Source: Chloroflexota bacterium
GTDB taxonomy: Bacteria; Chloroflexota; UBA11872; VXNJ01
Length of the DNA: 64,000 bases
Reading direction: 5' to 3'
Assembly (NCBI GenBank): GCA_965263025.1
Contig: OZ253578.1
Span: forward strand, 2,943,300 to 3,007,299
Within the stretch, counting starts at the first letter, position 1, and every line of letters begins with the position of its first letter. The notes beneath the pieces are model-generated. The model searched no databases. It saw only the letters and a list, made by a program, of their open reading frames with translations, and had not been told where the DNA came from. The position numbers were made by a program, and so were the translations under genes. Shown one piece after another: positions 28,650 through 35,885 of the stretch.

Positions 28650-29468
28650 ATGAGGAAATCTAGCGACGAGGGTATGTTCCCCGGTGACTGGGGGCTGGAG
28701 CGCCGTTTGACGGCGCTGGCGGAAGCGGGGTTTGCGGGCATCGAGATGAACATCGGCGACGGCACCTTGCCCGTCGGCGCCAGTTCTGAGGATACGGCGA
28801 AACTCCGCAATCTGGTCGAGTCAAATGGACTCTCGATTTCGGCGGCGCGCGGCGGCGGCGTGGGCAGCGATCTCGGCAGCGGCGACGCGGGCGTCCGCTC
28901 CAAGGCTATCGAAACGGTGGAGTGGTATCTGAACGCCGTCAGCGAGCTCGACTGCGACGCCGTGCTGATGGTGCTGGGTAACGTGACCGAAGAGATACGC
29001 CACGACCAGGCCATCGACATCGCGCGAAGCGTTGTGACGGAAATCCTTCCCATCGCGGAGCGAACGGGCGTGCGCATTTGTCTGGAGCCGGTGTGGCCCA
29101 AGTTTGGCGGATCGTTCATCGAGCCGCTGGGTTTGCGCGACTTCATCGACTCGTTCGACAACGAGTTCGTACGCGCCTATTTCGACGTCGGAAACGTGCT
29201 CGTCTGGACGTATCCGCAACACTGGATAAGGATTCTCGGCAACCGGATCTACCGGGTTCACGTCAAGGACTTCAAGACCGGCATCGGCAACATTCAAGGA
29301 TTTACGCACCTGCTTCACGGCGACGTGCCCTGGCCGGGAGTGATGGAGGCGTTTCGGGAGATCGGTTACGAGGGATGGATCACGTGCGAACTGCCGCCGT
29401 TGCCGGGTGATCCGGACGAGGGAATCAGGGCGACTTCACGCGCGCTGGACCTGATCTTCGGAATGTAA
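28650..29468 (+). CDS. sugar phosphate isomerase/epimerase (xylose isomerase-like TIM barrel)
   Basis: 272 aa with AGFAGIEM, ICLEP, an HVKD-like motif (HVKDF) and the WITCE tail, typical of AP-endonuclease-2/xylose-isomerase-like barrels. Confidence 0.72.
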   Translation: MRKSSDEGMFPGDWGLERRLTALAEAGFAGIEMNIGDGTLPVGASSEDTAKLRNLVESNGLSISAARGGGVGSDLGSGDAGVRSKAIETVEWYLNAVSELDCDAVLMVLGNVTEEIRHDQAIDIARSVVTEILPIAERTGVRICLEPVWPKFGGSFIEPLGLRDFIDSFDNEFVRAYFDVGNVLVWTYPQHWIRILGNRIYRVHVKDFKTGIGNIQGFTHLLHGDVPWPGVMEAFREIGYEGWITCELPPLPGDPDEGIRATSRALDLIFGM

Positions 29469-29487
29469 GACCGGCCGCTAGCCGGTC
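29469..29487. terminator. short hairpin between convergent genes
   Basis: GACCGGC / CGCTA / GCCGGTC lies immediately after the stop at 29468 and 24 nt before the convergent rfbB stop. There is no U-tract, so the terminator function is uncertain. Confidence 0.3.
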
Positions 29488-29510
29488 GGTAAATGCGGAG
29501 GCGGGCTGGT

Positions 29511-30521
29511 TTACGATTCAGCCCGCGACTTGGCTAGCCGTTTGCCGTACTGGGTTGAGTAATACTCTTTGAACTCCCCCTCCACCAGCGGCCCCCACCA
29601 ATCTTCGTTGGTGGAGTACCAGTCGACGGTTGCTTGCAGAGCCGTTTTGAAGTCGTATTGCGGTGCCCAACCCAGCGCCCGCAGCTTGCTGGAGTCGAGA
29701 ACGTAGTCCCAGTCGTGGCCGGGACGGTCTTCGACGAACTTGATGAGCGATTCAGGCTTGCCGAGCCGGGCGCACACGGCGCGGGCTACGGTCAGGTTGT
29801 CGCGGTTGTTGCCGGCTGAAACGTTGTAGATTTCGCCGGGCTGGCCGTCTTCCAGGACGGCGAGAATGGCGGAGCAATGATCGTCGACGTGAAGCCGGTC
29901 GCGCCGCTGCTCGCCGCGTCCATAGACCGGCAGGGGACGGTCGCGAAGGGCGTTGATGGTAAATAGCGGAACGGCCTTTTCGGGATGCTGCCACGGGCCG
30001 ACGGTGTTGACTCCCCTGGTGACGCATATCGGGAGGCCGAAGCTGACGCCGACCGCAAACGCCTGCATCTCTCCGCCGGCTTTACTGGCTGAATAGGGGC
30101 TGCGCGGATTGAGCAGGTCGCGTTCCGTGAAGGAACGTCCGCGCGACTCTCCGTAGACCTCGTCGGTGCTGACCTGCACAAACTTCCCAACCCCGGCGTC
30201 AACCGCCGCCCGCATGATCGTGTAGGCTCCGGCCACGTTGGTTCGCATAAAGTCGGAGGCGTCCAGCAGGGACCGGTCGACGTGCGATTCGGCGGCGAAG
30301 TTGACGGCCAGACGCGCGCCGTCGACCGCCCGCCGGGCCGTTTCGGGATCGGCGATGTCGCCTTCGATGAAGTCCACGTCGATCCCGACCAAGCGCCGTT
30401 TGTCGCCGGCGTAGGTAAGGCTGTCCAGCACGCGAATTCGCCAGCCGGGACGCTCGCGTTGAACGGCTCGCACGAAATTGGAGCCGATGAACCCGGCGCC
30501 GCCGGTTATGAGAATCGTCAA
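29511..30521 (-). CDS. rfbB: dTDP-glucose 4,6-dehydratase
   Basis: I moved the start to the TTG at 30521 (M-TILITGGAGFIGS). It has the catalytic YSASK and is 336 aa, typical RmlB length. The longer ORF-track N-terminus is not protein-like. Confidence 0.85.
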   Translation of the reverse strand: MTILITGGAGFIGSNFVRAVQRERPGWRIRVLDSLTYAGDKRRLVGIDVDFIEGDIADPETARRAVDGARLAVNFAAESHVDRSLLDASDFMRTNVAGAYTIMRAAVDAGVGKFVQVSTDEVYGESRGRSFTERDLLNPRSPYSASKAGGEMQAFAVGVSFGLPICVTRGVNTVGPWQHPEKAVPLFTINALRDRPLPVYGRGEQRRDRLHVDDHCSAILAVLEDGQPGEIYNVSAGNNRDNLTVARAVCARLGKPESLIKFVEDRPGHDWDYVLDSSKLRALGWAPQYDFKTALQATVDWYSTNEDWWGPLVEGEFKEYYSTQYGKRLAKSRAES

Positions 30522-31024
30522 TCCAGGCTCACCAACACGCCGATCTTCAATCAGGGACTCCGGTCCGGTCACCGGTGGCGATACCGCTCGAACGGGCCTC
30601 GCGCGACCGTTGCGCTCAAGCGTTCGATCCTGTGTTGCTCCATGCCAATCAGCGACCTCTCCTCGTGGATTTCCCGAACCTGGTAAGCGCGTCCTTTGCT
30701 CGTATCGCCTGCTCGAACCTGTCGGCGTCGGGAAGCGCCAGAGTGTCATTGAAGGCTATGACGAATCCATCCGAAGCCGCAATCACGAAGCGCGCGCCTG
30801 GGTTCAAGTCAACCACCGGGCCGCTTCAACGGTCCAACCTGGTAAACGTGGGACGCTCGTTGGGCATTACTGGCGGGAACGGTTCGGGCCTTATTGCCGT
30901 TACGTACGAATCGGGCGGGGCAGGCCCGAATCTACTCACCGCGCGGCCCCGGCGCCTAATGCGCTGAGTTAGACTTTGCTCCGCCACCAGCGGGATTGAA
31001 ACGCACTCAATAGGGGACCCGAAT

Positions 31025-31969
31025 ATGAAGATCGTCGCATTGACGACACATATAGCAGGCTATCTGGATTCGGTGCAGGATGCCGCGCCCGAGGCCGAAA
31101 TCGTCGAGGCGCCTGACGATGACGCGATGCTTCGTGAGGTGGTTGACGCGGAAGTCCTGTTCGCTGGCATATTCAGCGAAGATCTCCTCGAAGCCGCCGC
31201 GCAGCTCAAGTGGGTGCAGATCTCTTCCGCGGGCGTCGAGTGGATGCCGAAGCAGGCGATTGCGAACAAAGGCTGGCAAGTAACGAACGCCGCCGGCATC
31301 CACGCCATCCCGGTAGCCGAAACGGCGATCGCGCTTTTGTCGGGCGTTGCGAGACGCGTCGACTGGACTACTCGAAACAGGGTCAAGGGAGAGTGGGTCA
31401 GGCCGCCGGGCATTTTTGAATTGTTCGAAAAGACGGCCGGCGTAATCGCAATGGGCGGCATTGGACGGGCGTTCGCCGAACGCGCCCGCGGCCTCGGGAT
31501 GCGGGTCATCGGAGTAGACGTAAACCCGGCCGCGAAGCCTGAATACGTGGATGAGTTGCGAGGGATCGAGGAGCTGGAGTGGCTGCTCGGAAGTTCGGAC
31601 GTCGTCTGCATGACCGCTCCGGATACGCCCAAGAGCCACCACATGATGAACGCCGAGCGATTCGCCCAAATGCGGCAAGGGTCGATTTTCATCAATGTCT
31701 CGCGCGGCGGTCTGGTGGACACCGACGCGCTTGTCGACGCGATCGATTCGGGAAGGTTTTTCGGAGTGGGTCTCGACGTGATCGAAGGCGAGCCGCTCAG
31801 GTCCGGCCACCCGATCTGGAGTCGCGACGACGTGCTGATCACGCCGCACATCGGGGGGACGAGTCCGCGACGACCCGAGCGCATGATCGAACTGTTTACC
31901 GAAAACCTGCGGCGCTACCAGGCGGGCGAACCGCTGCGGAATCTGGTCGATCTAAAAGCCGGGTTTTAA
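31025..31969 (+). CDS. D-isomer-specific 2-hydroxyacid dehydrogenase family protein
   Basis: 314 aa with the NAD fold GVIAMGGIGRAF, plus the downstream R...E...H catalytic context (NVSRGGLVD, ITPHIGG). Confidence 0.8.
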   Translation: MKIVALTTHIAGYLDSVQDAAPEAEIVEAPDDDAMLREVVDAEVLFAGIFSEDLLEAAAQLKWVQISSAGVEWMPKQAIANKGWQVTNAAGIHAIPVAETAIALLSGVARRVDWTTRNRVKGEWVRPPGIFELFEKTAGVIAMGGIGRAFAERARGLGMRVIGVDVNPAAKPEYVDELRGIEELEWLLGSSDVVCMTAPDTPKSHHMMNAERFAQMRQGSIFINVSRGGLVDTDALVDAIDSGRFFGVGLDVIEGEPLRSGHPIWSRDDVLITPHIGGTSPRRPERMIELFTENLRRYQAGEPLRNLVDLKAGF

Positions 31970-31973
31970 GTTC

Positions 31974-32126
31974 CCGGTTGTGCGGCTCGCGATGGCGGCG
32001 AGTCGCGGCGCGGGTTAAACGAAGCGCAGGAGCTGGCTCAGGCTGTCGATCGTGTGGGCGGGTTTGTGGCGTCCCAGTTCGGCCTCGGGGCGGCGGCGGA
32101 GCCAGATCGGCATGACACCCGCCGCG
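31974..32126. repeat. left copy of a 153-bp direct repeat (duplicate of the HAD gene 3' end)
   Basis: It matches 34861-35013 with about 6 mismatches in 153. It contains the last 112 nt of HAD-type coding sequence plus 41 nt of downstream hairpin region. It starts 4 nt after the dehydrogenase stop. Confidence 0.9.
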
Positions 32127-32167
32127 TCGAGCATATGGCGCAACCGAAATTCGTCATCTCTGCGCAT
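32015..32167 (-). pseudogene. chimeric remnant: N-terminus of a HEPN (DUF86-type) toxin fused in frame to the duplicated HAD C-terminus
   Basis: 50 codons: [17 protein letters not shown], a DUF86-like opening, followed by VMPIWLRRRPEAELGRHKPAHTIDSLSQLLRFV, which copies the HAD C-terminus. Its ATG overlaps the 3' end of the MNT gene, as in MNT-HEPN pairs. Confidence 0.55.
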
Positions 32168-32459
32168 ATTGAACTTCAGCCGCATCCAGTACAGCTTGCC
32201 GGAAGTAGGGGCTCAGCTCCTCGGGTGTTCGCAGGTCCACTTTGCGTCCACCGAACACCCCAGACAACTCCAACTCCATGCTGACAACGCCCAACAGTCC
32301 GGGAATCCTGTCCGGCTCAAACTCAACGAGCAGGTCGATGTCGCTCTCAGGCCCGAAGTCTTCGCGCAGCGCCGAGCCGAAGATGGCCAGCCGCGTTATT
32401 CCGTGCTCTTGGCAGAATTCGGCGAGGGCGTCTCTGGGGATCGCTATACGTGGATTCAT
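32154..32459 (-). CDS. MNT-type nucleotidyltransferase (antitoxin component of HEPN/MNT modules)
   Basis: I moved the start to the ATG at 32459 (AGGGAG upstream). The 101 aa contain FGSALRED...[10 protein letters not shown] (G-S...D-x-D), the minimal nucleotidyltransferase motif. Confidence 0.8.
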   Translation of the reverse strand: MNPRIAIPRDALAEFCQEHGITRLAIFGSALREDFGPESDIDLLVEFEPDRIPGLLGVVSMELELSGVFGGRKVDLRTPEELSPYFRQAVLDAAEVQYAQR

Positions 32460-32617
32460 TGCGACTCCCTCGCTTCCCTGTAGTCCGGTTTCATGCCGAA
32501 CAGCGCCTGCCTGCCGCGCTGGTCCAGAAAGGTGCACATCATCATGGCCGCCTTCTGCCGCTCGCTAGGTAGCTTGGCTAGGCTAGCGGTGAATGTGTCT
32601 GTTAAACGGAATTGCAT
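32456..32617 (-). CDS. small ORF (53 aa) translationally coupled to the MNT gene
   Basis: Not in the ORF track because it is under 60 aa. The sequence is [24 protein letters not shown]... Its TGA overlaps the MNT ATG (ATGA). The N-terminus resembles RelE/ParE-type toxin openings, but the ORF is too short for one. Confidence 0.3.
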   Translation of the reverse strand: MQFRLTDTFTASLAKLPSERQKAAMMMCTFLDQRGRQALFGMKPDYREARESQ

Positions 32618-32645
32618 ATGGCACTCTTGGCGAGTTCCAGTGTCT

Positions 32646-33545
32646 CTAATCCACAGTCTGCCAATCTGGCCGGGAAGCTTCGACTTTCAACAGCTTTTCT
32701 TGCACGCTGTCTAGTCTCTGGAGTAGTGGTTCCGCATCAGGTTGATCAAAGTACTTGCCTAGGTACTCCTTAGCCGCTTCCGCCACGAAGATGCCGGTCG
32801 GACCAAGAAGTTCACCATCTGTTCTAAGGCGATCATAATTGGGTTCAAACCCAGAATCCTTGGGCACTAAATGGTTTTTGACTAGATCTACCCAGTCCCC
32901 GTGAATCGCGTGGGAAGCTATTCTCTGCAACGCTGTGTATGCAAGCGAGTCTTCCCCGAGAGCAGTTAGTTTGTCGCGAAAGCTTCCGCCCCAATTTCCT
33001 GCTTTCGGGTTAACTTCCTCTACTGCTACTCCCGACTGCTGGCACGTGTCCTCAATCGATCTGAGCATGTTCTGTTCGATTGTGAGTTTTTCGCTACCTC
33101 TGGCTCGGATTTCTTCCTGAATCATGTCGTACAGCTCGCGCTCGGCACCGAGGCTGCTTATAACGAATCCGTCATAGACTCTGTCGTCGTCTTTGAATAG
33201 CAAGTACCGAAGATTGACCGTGGATTCAATAATGCACCTGTTCAGCGCCATTACTGTGTCCCCGTGCTCAATATCTGCTGACAACTTAACGACTGAAACC
33301 ATGAGCTTGGATATGCGAACGAGCAATCCCACGCAGATCGCCTGATTCCGGTCGAACTTGATAGCGTCGCCTTTATCGCCGAAATAGGCAGCACTTGTGA
33401 CACAAACTAGACTGCCGGCTTCTTTGTATAGCTCGTATACCAACGCTCCGAATTGTTCATTTGTCCGACACGTCTCGATCACTTCCTCGGCCACCTCCAC
33501 CGGAGGTCCTACGAGACGTCGCAGTTCATCGTTGAGTTCTATCAA
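32646..33545 (-). CDS. hypothetical 299-aa protein, predicted all-helical; possible Abi/HEPN-like defence protein
   Basis: This long ORF lies in the lowest-GC stretch of the window. I recognise no catalytic family. It has an R-x6-H string (QRIASHAIHG) and strings vaguely like DUF5677-type proteins (my recollection, unverified). It sits next to an hsdS remnant. Confidence 0.6.
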   Translation of the reverse strand: MIELNDELRRLVGPPVEVAEEVIETCRTNEQFGALVYELYKEAGSLVCVTSAAYFGDKGDAIKFDRNQAICVGLLVRISKLMVSVVKLSADIEHGDTVMALNRCIIESTVNLRYLLFKDDDRVYDGFVISSLGAERELYDMIQEEIRARGSEKLTIEQNMLRSIEDTCQQSGVAVEEVNPKAGNWGGSFRDKLTALGEDSLAYTALQRIASHAIHGDWVDLVKNHLVPKDSGFEPNYDRLRTDGELLGPTGIFVAEAAKEYLGKYFDQPDAEPLLQRLDSVQEKLLKVEASRPDWQTVD

Positions 33546-33642
33546 AACACTCTAGCCTTGGGGCAACCCACCCACTTATGCTCGCTCCCAAGCATGTAGT
33601 CGCTCAGCACTACCACGGTTGTGAGCTCTGCATCATCCCATT

Positions 33643-33828
33643 CTAGGGATAGCGGTGTTTCAAGACGGAGAGCACGGGTGCTTCGGAACAGTGCCGACAC
33701 GCCGACAGCTCGAGATCAACCACTCGATTCTCACCCGTCATAAGCTTGTGGAGCAGGGACTTGAAGAGGTCGTCAAGGATGGCGCGTTTGCGGCGGTGCA
33801 GGTCTATCTTGCAGGTCATCTCCGACAT
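33643..33828 (-). pseudogene. fragment of a type I restriction-modification specificity subunit (HsdS C-terminal conserved helix)
   Basis: [29 protein letters not shown] is the conserved C-terminal coiled-coil end of HsdS proteins. No target-recognition domain precedes it. Confidence 0.6.
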
Positions 33829-33977
33829 TTTTCGGACGGTCTTCGATATCCATGGTGCTTGAGGGGCGGCGGTTAGAGCAAGGTCAGTAGATCGCGGAGG
33901 GCGTGGAATGGGGTGAGCGGGTTGGTGGCGTGCCAGCTCAGCCTCTTCGCCGTGCTTGCGCTTGGCAACTCTTCGGA

Positions 33978-33997
33978 TTAGCTATATCGTTAGCTAA
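33978..33997 (+). promoter_or_regulatory. candidate antitoxin operator (two palindromic TAGCTA boxes)
   Basis: TTAGCTA (33978-33984) and TTAGCTAA (33990-33997) are 12 bp apart. They lie 23 nt upstream of the antitoxin ATG and overlap a TATATC -10-like element. Confidence 0.35.
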
Positions 33998-34019
33998 GTT
34001 CGTGTTGAAGGAGTCGGCG

Positions 34020-34256
34020 ATGGCGACGTTCAACGTGCATGAAGCCAAGACCCATTTATCGAAGCTGCTGGCGAAGGTGGAGGCTGGCGAGGAGGTGATC
34101 ATCGCCCGCAACGGCAAGCCGGTGGCGCGGCTGGTGGGCTTGAGGCGCGGTGGGAAGAGGCAATTCGGCTCCATGAAGGGCCTGATAAAGCTGGACGATA
34201 GCTTCTTCGATCCACTGCCGGAGGAAGAGCTGGCCTTGTGGGAGGGGCGGGGGTAG
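34020..34256 (+). CDS. Phd/YefM-type antitoxin
   Basis: ATG at 34020 with AAGGAG upstream. The sequence MATFNVHEAKTHLSKLLAKVEAGEEVIIARNGKPVARLV is the classic Phd/prevent-host-death antitoxin N-terminus. 78 aa. Confidence 0.85.
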   Translation: MATFNVHEAKTHLSKLLAKVEAGEEVIIARNGKPVARLVGLRRGGKRQFGSMKGLIKLDDSFFDPLPEEELALWEGRG

Positions 34257-34259
34257 CGA

Positions 34260-34646
34260 TTGAGACTGCTGCTCGACACCCATGCGTTCATCTGGTGGTT
34301 TGAGGGAAACAGACGGTTGTCGCTGCCGGCTCGGCAGGCGATCGACGATGAAACGAACGACGTATTGATCAGCGCTGTCTCGGCTTGGGAGATCGCTATC
34401 AAATACTGGCTTGGCAAACTGCCGGCAGTGGAGGCGCTGGTCCTCGACATATCTGGGGCCATAGCCAACCAGGGCTTCCGGGAACTGCCAATCACCGTCG
34501 ATGACGCCGCGCGGGCGGGAGCGCTGCCGGGCCGTCATCGTGATCCGTTCGACAGGATGCTCATCGCGCAGGCGCTGTCCGGCAACCTGGCGCTTGTTTC
34601 TATCGACCCCCTCTTTGATCGCTATGGGGTCCGCCGCCTGTGGTGA
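34260..34646 (+). CDS. vapC: PIN-domain toxin (VapC family)
   Basis: 128 aa, 3 nt after the antitoxin stop. The PIN acidic residues are in LLDTHA, WEIAIK and DPFDRM. Confidence 0.85.
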   Translation: MRLLLDTHAFIWWFEGNRRLSLPARQAIDDETNDVLISAVSAWEIAIKYWLGKLPAVEALVLDISGAIANQGFRELPITVDDAARAGALPGRHRDPFDRMLIAQALSGNLALVSIDPLFDRYGVRRLW

Positions 34647-34726
34647 TCGGGGGCAGTTAGTTCGTTAGCCGTTTCGCTTTAGTGATCGTGATGTCCCCTG
34701 GCGGGCGAGTTCGCTTTGATGACGCC

Positions 34727-34830
34727 GCCCCTCCCCTCTGGATTCCGGCTTTCGCCGGAATGACGAAAAGGGGAAACGCATGCTCACCCTCGCTCCTTCC
34801 TTTCCGAGGGCGAGGGAGCCGGTGAATGGG
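34727..34830. repeat. palindromic dispersed repeat (VIPAKAGIQ-type)
   Basis: ATTCCGGC-TTTC-GCCGGAAT (34742-34761) is followed by GACGAA and a second imperfect palindrome, CCCTCGC...GCGAGGG. It is related to 35763-35782. The overlapping ORF translates to ...FVIPAKAGIQ..., a known junk-ORF signature. Confidence 0.8.
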
Positions 34831-34860
34831 TCGCCGGTGTTGATCCACTCCTAACCCTGA

Positions 34861-35013
34861 CCGGTTGTGCGGCTCGCGATGGCGGCGAGTCGCGGCGCGG
34901 GTTAAACGAAGCGCAGGAGCTGGCTCAGGGTGTTGATTGTGTGGGCGGGTTTGTGGCGTCCCAGTTCGGCCTCGGGACGGCGGCGGAGCCAAATCGGCTT
35001 GACACCCGCCGCG
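34861..35013. repeat. right copy of the 153-bp direct repeat (part of the intact HAD gene and its downstream hairpin)
   Basis: See 31974-32126. This copy is contiguous with the full-length HAD reading frame. Confidence 0.9.
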
Positions 35014-35606
35014 ACGGCGGAGTCAACGTCCTTGCCAGGCGTGTCGCCGACGTAAACGGCGTCGGCGGGATCGGCTTGCAGATCATCGATTACGGAAAGA
35101 ATGCCCCGCGGGTCGGGCTTTATAGCGCCCAGCTCCTCCGAGAAGGCCATCGCCTTGATGTAATGATCGAGTCCCAGGCGCTCGGTCAGCGAGGCCCAAT
35201 GGATAGCCGGCCCGGCGACGTCGGAGACGAGTCCCATCGCGGTGCGGCGGCGGCTCAGGAGGTCGAGAACGGGCACCGTTTCACGGTATAGCCGCCAATC
35301 GCCACTGGTCAGCGCCAAGCCGAAATTTTCGATCGCGGGTGATCTGGCATTCGCTGAATACGGTCCGTTATCTCTCGAAAGTTTTGCCCAAAGGCCGTCG
35401 ATTTCCATCGGTCGGCTGTCGATCAGGGCGGCTTCCACTTCGGTCAGGACGGCCAGCTCGTAATCTGTCGCGCGCCGCTGTCCGGCAACTGTGCGGAGAT
35501 CGCCGCACAAGCGCGTCAGCGCGCCGCGGACGGTTTCCGACCAGGCTGAGTAGCTGCTCCCCGCGTATTCGGCAAGCGTCCAGCCGAAATCGAATATGAC
35601 GGTCAC
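34902..35606 (-). CDS. HAD-superfamily hydrolase
   Basis: I set the start at the GTG at 35606 (GGAG 6 nt upstream), giving VTVIFDFGWTL. The late motif is VYVGDTPGKDV. Motif I reads D-F-G rather than D-x-D. The longer ORF-track N-terminus runs through a repeat. Confidence 0.7.
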   Translation of the reverse strand: MTVIFDFGWTLAEYAGSSYSAWSETVRGALTRLCGDLRTVAGQRRATDYELAVLTEVEAALIDSRPMEIDGLWAKLSRDNGPYSANARSPAIENFGLALTSGDWRLYRETVPVLDLLSRRRTAMGLVSDVAGPAIHWASLTERLGLDHYIKAMAFSEELGAIKPDPRGILSVIDDLQADPADAVYVGDTPGKDVDSAVAAGVKPIWLRRRPEAELGRHKPAHTINTLSQLLRFV

Positions 35607-35730
35607 GGACCGCTCCACGTATCGACCTTCAAAGCCGGACGGGGTTTGGCGTCTCGAACTTGTCGTTGATGTATGAGTTGGGTAATTCGTTGACAGGTTG
35701 GAAGAGGACAATTGCGGCACTCTTCGCCAT

Positions 35731-35790
35731 TCCCGGCTCCCTCTCCGCCCCACGGCCCCTGGATGCCGGCTTTTGCCGGCATGACGAATT
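35731..35790. repeat. palindromic dispersed repeat
   Basis: ATGCCGGC-TTTT-GCCGGCAT (35763-35782) is followed by GACGAA, the same architecture as 34742-34767. Confidence 0.75.
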
Positions 35791-35885
35791 TGCAGTCTTC
35801 CTGGTCTCACCACGCTGCCATTCGGGTGACTGAGCCGCCGCTTCCGTCAACGCATTAGTTGTCATTTGCGACTCGACACAGGCCG

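Larger units (their letters stand above)
32127..34860. mobile_element. degraded genomic islet (toxin-antitoxin / defence remnant) bounded by the 153-bp direct repeats
   Basis: The islet is bracketed by the direct repeats. By eye, G+C is lower across roughly 32560-33900. Its content is MNT, a small ORF, an unknown 299-aa gene, an hsdS fragment and phd/vapC. No integrase or transposase is present. Confidence 0.45.

Noticed and set aside
30826-30828. A second candidate Sec codon, in a small minus-strand frame upstream of rfbB (MPNERPTFTRLDR-TGA-SGPVVDL...).
   Set aside because: - There is no Cys/redox context.
- I saw no obvious SECIS-like hairpin after the TGA.
- The upstream 13 codons are not convincing coding sequence.
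- It is more likely a short independent ORF starting at GTG 30816, or non-coding DNA.
32127-34860. A search for an integrase, recombinase, transposase or tRNA target that would make the islet a classic integrative element.
   Set aside because: - None is found in any frame.
- The only mobility signature is the 153-bp direct repeat.
- I therefore call the region a degraded islet rather than an active mobile element.
34657-34992. A 111-aa ORF containing ...FVIPAKAGIQRGG.... ORFs 5006-5440, 5056-5343, 2978-3334 and 18953-19660 were considered with it.
   Set aside because: These are translations of the dispersed palindromic repeats. The VIPAKAGIQ and GERG-type peptides are well-known junk ORFs. 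They overlap repeat modules exactly and lack RBS and start-codon context.
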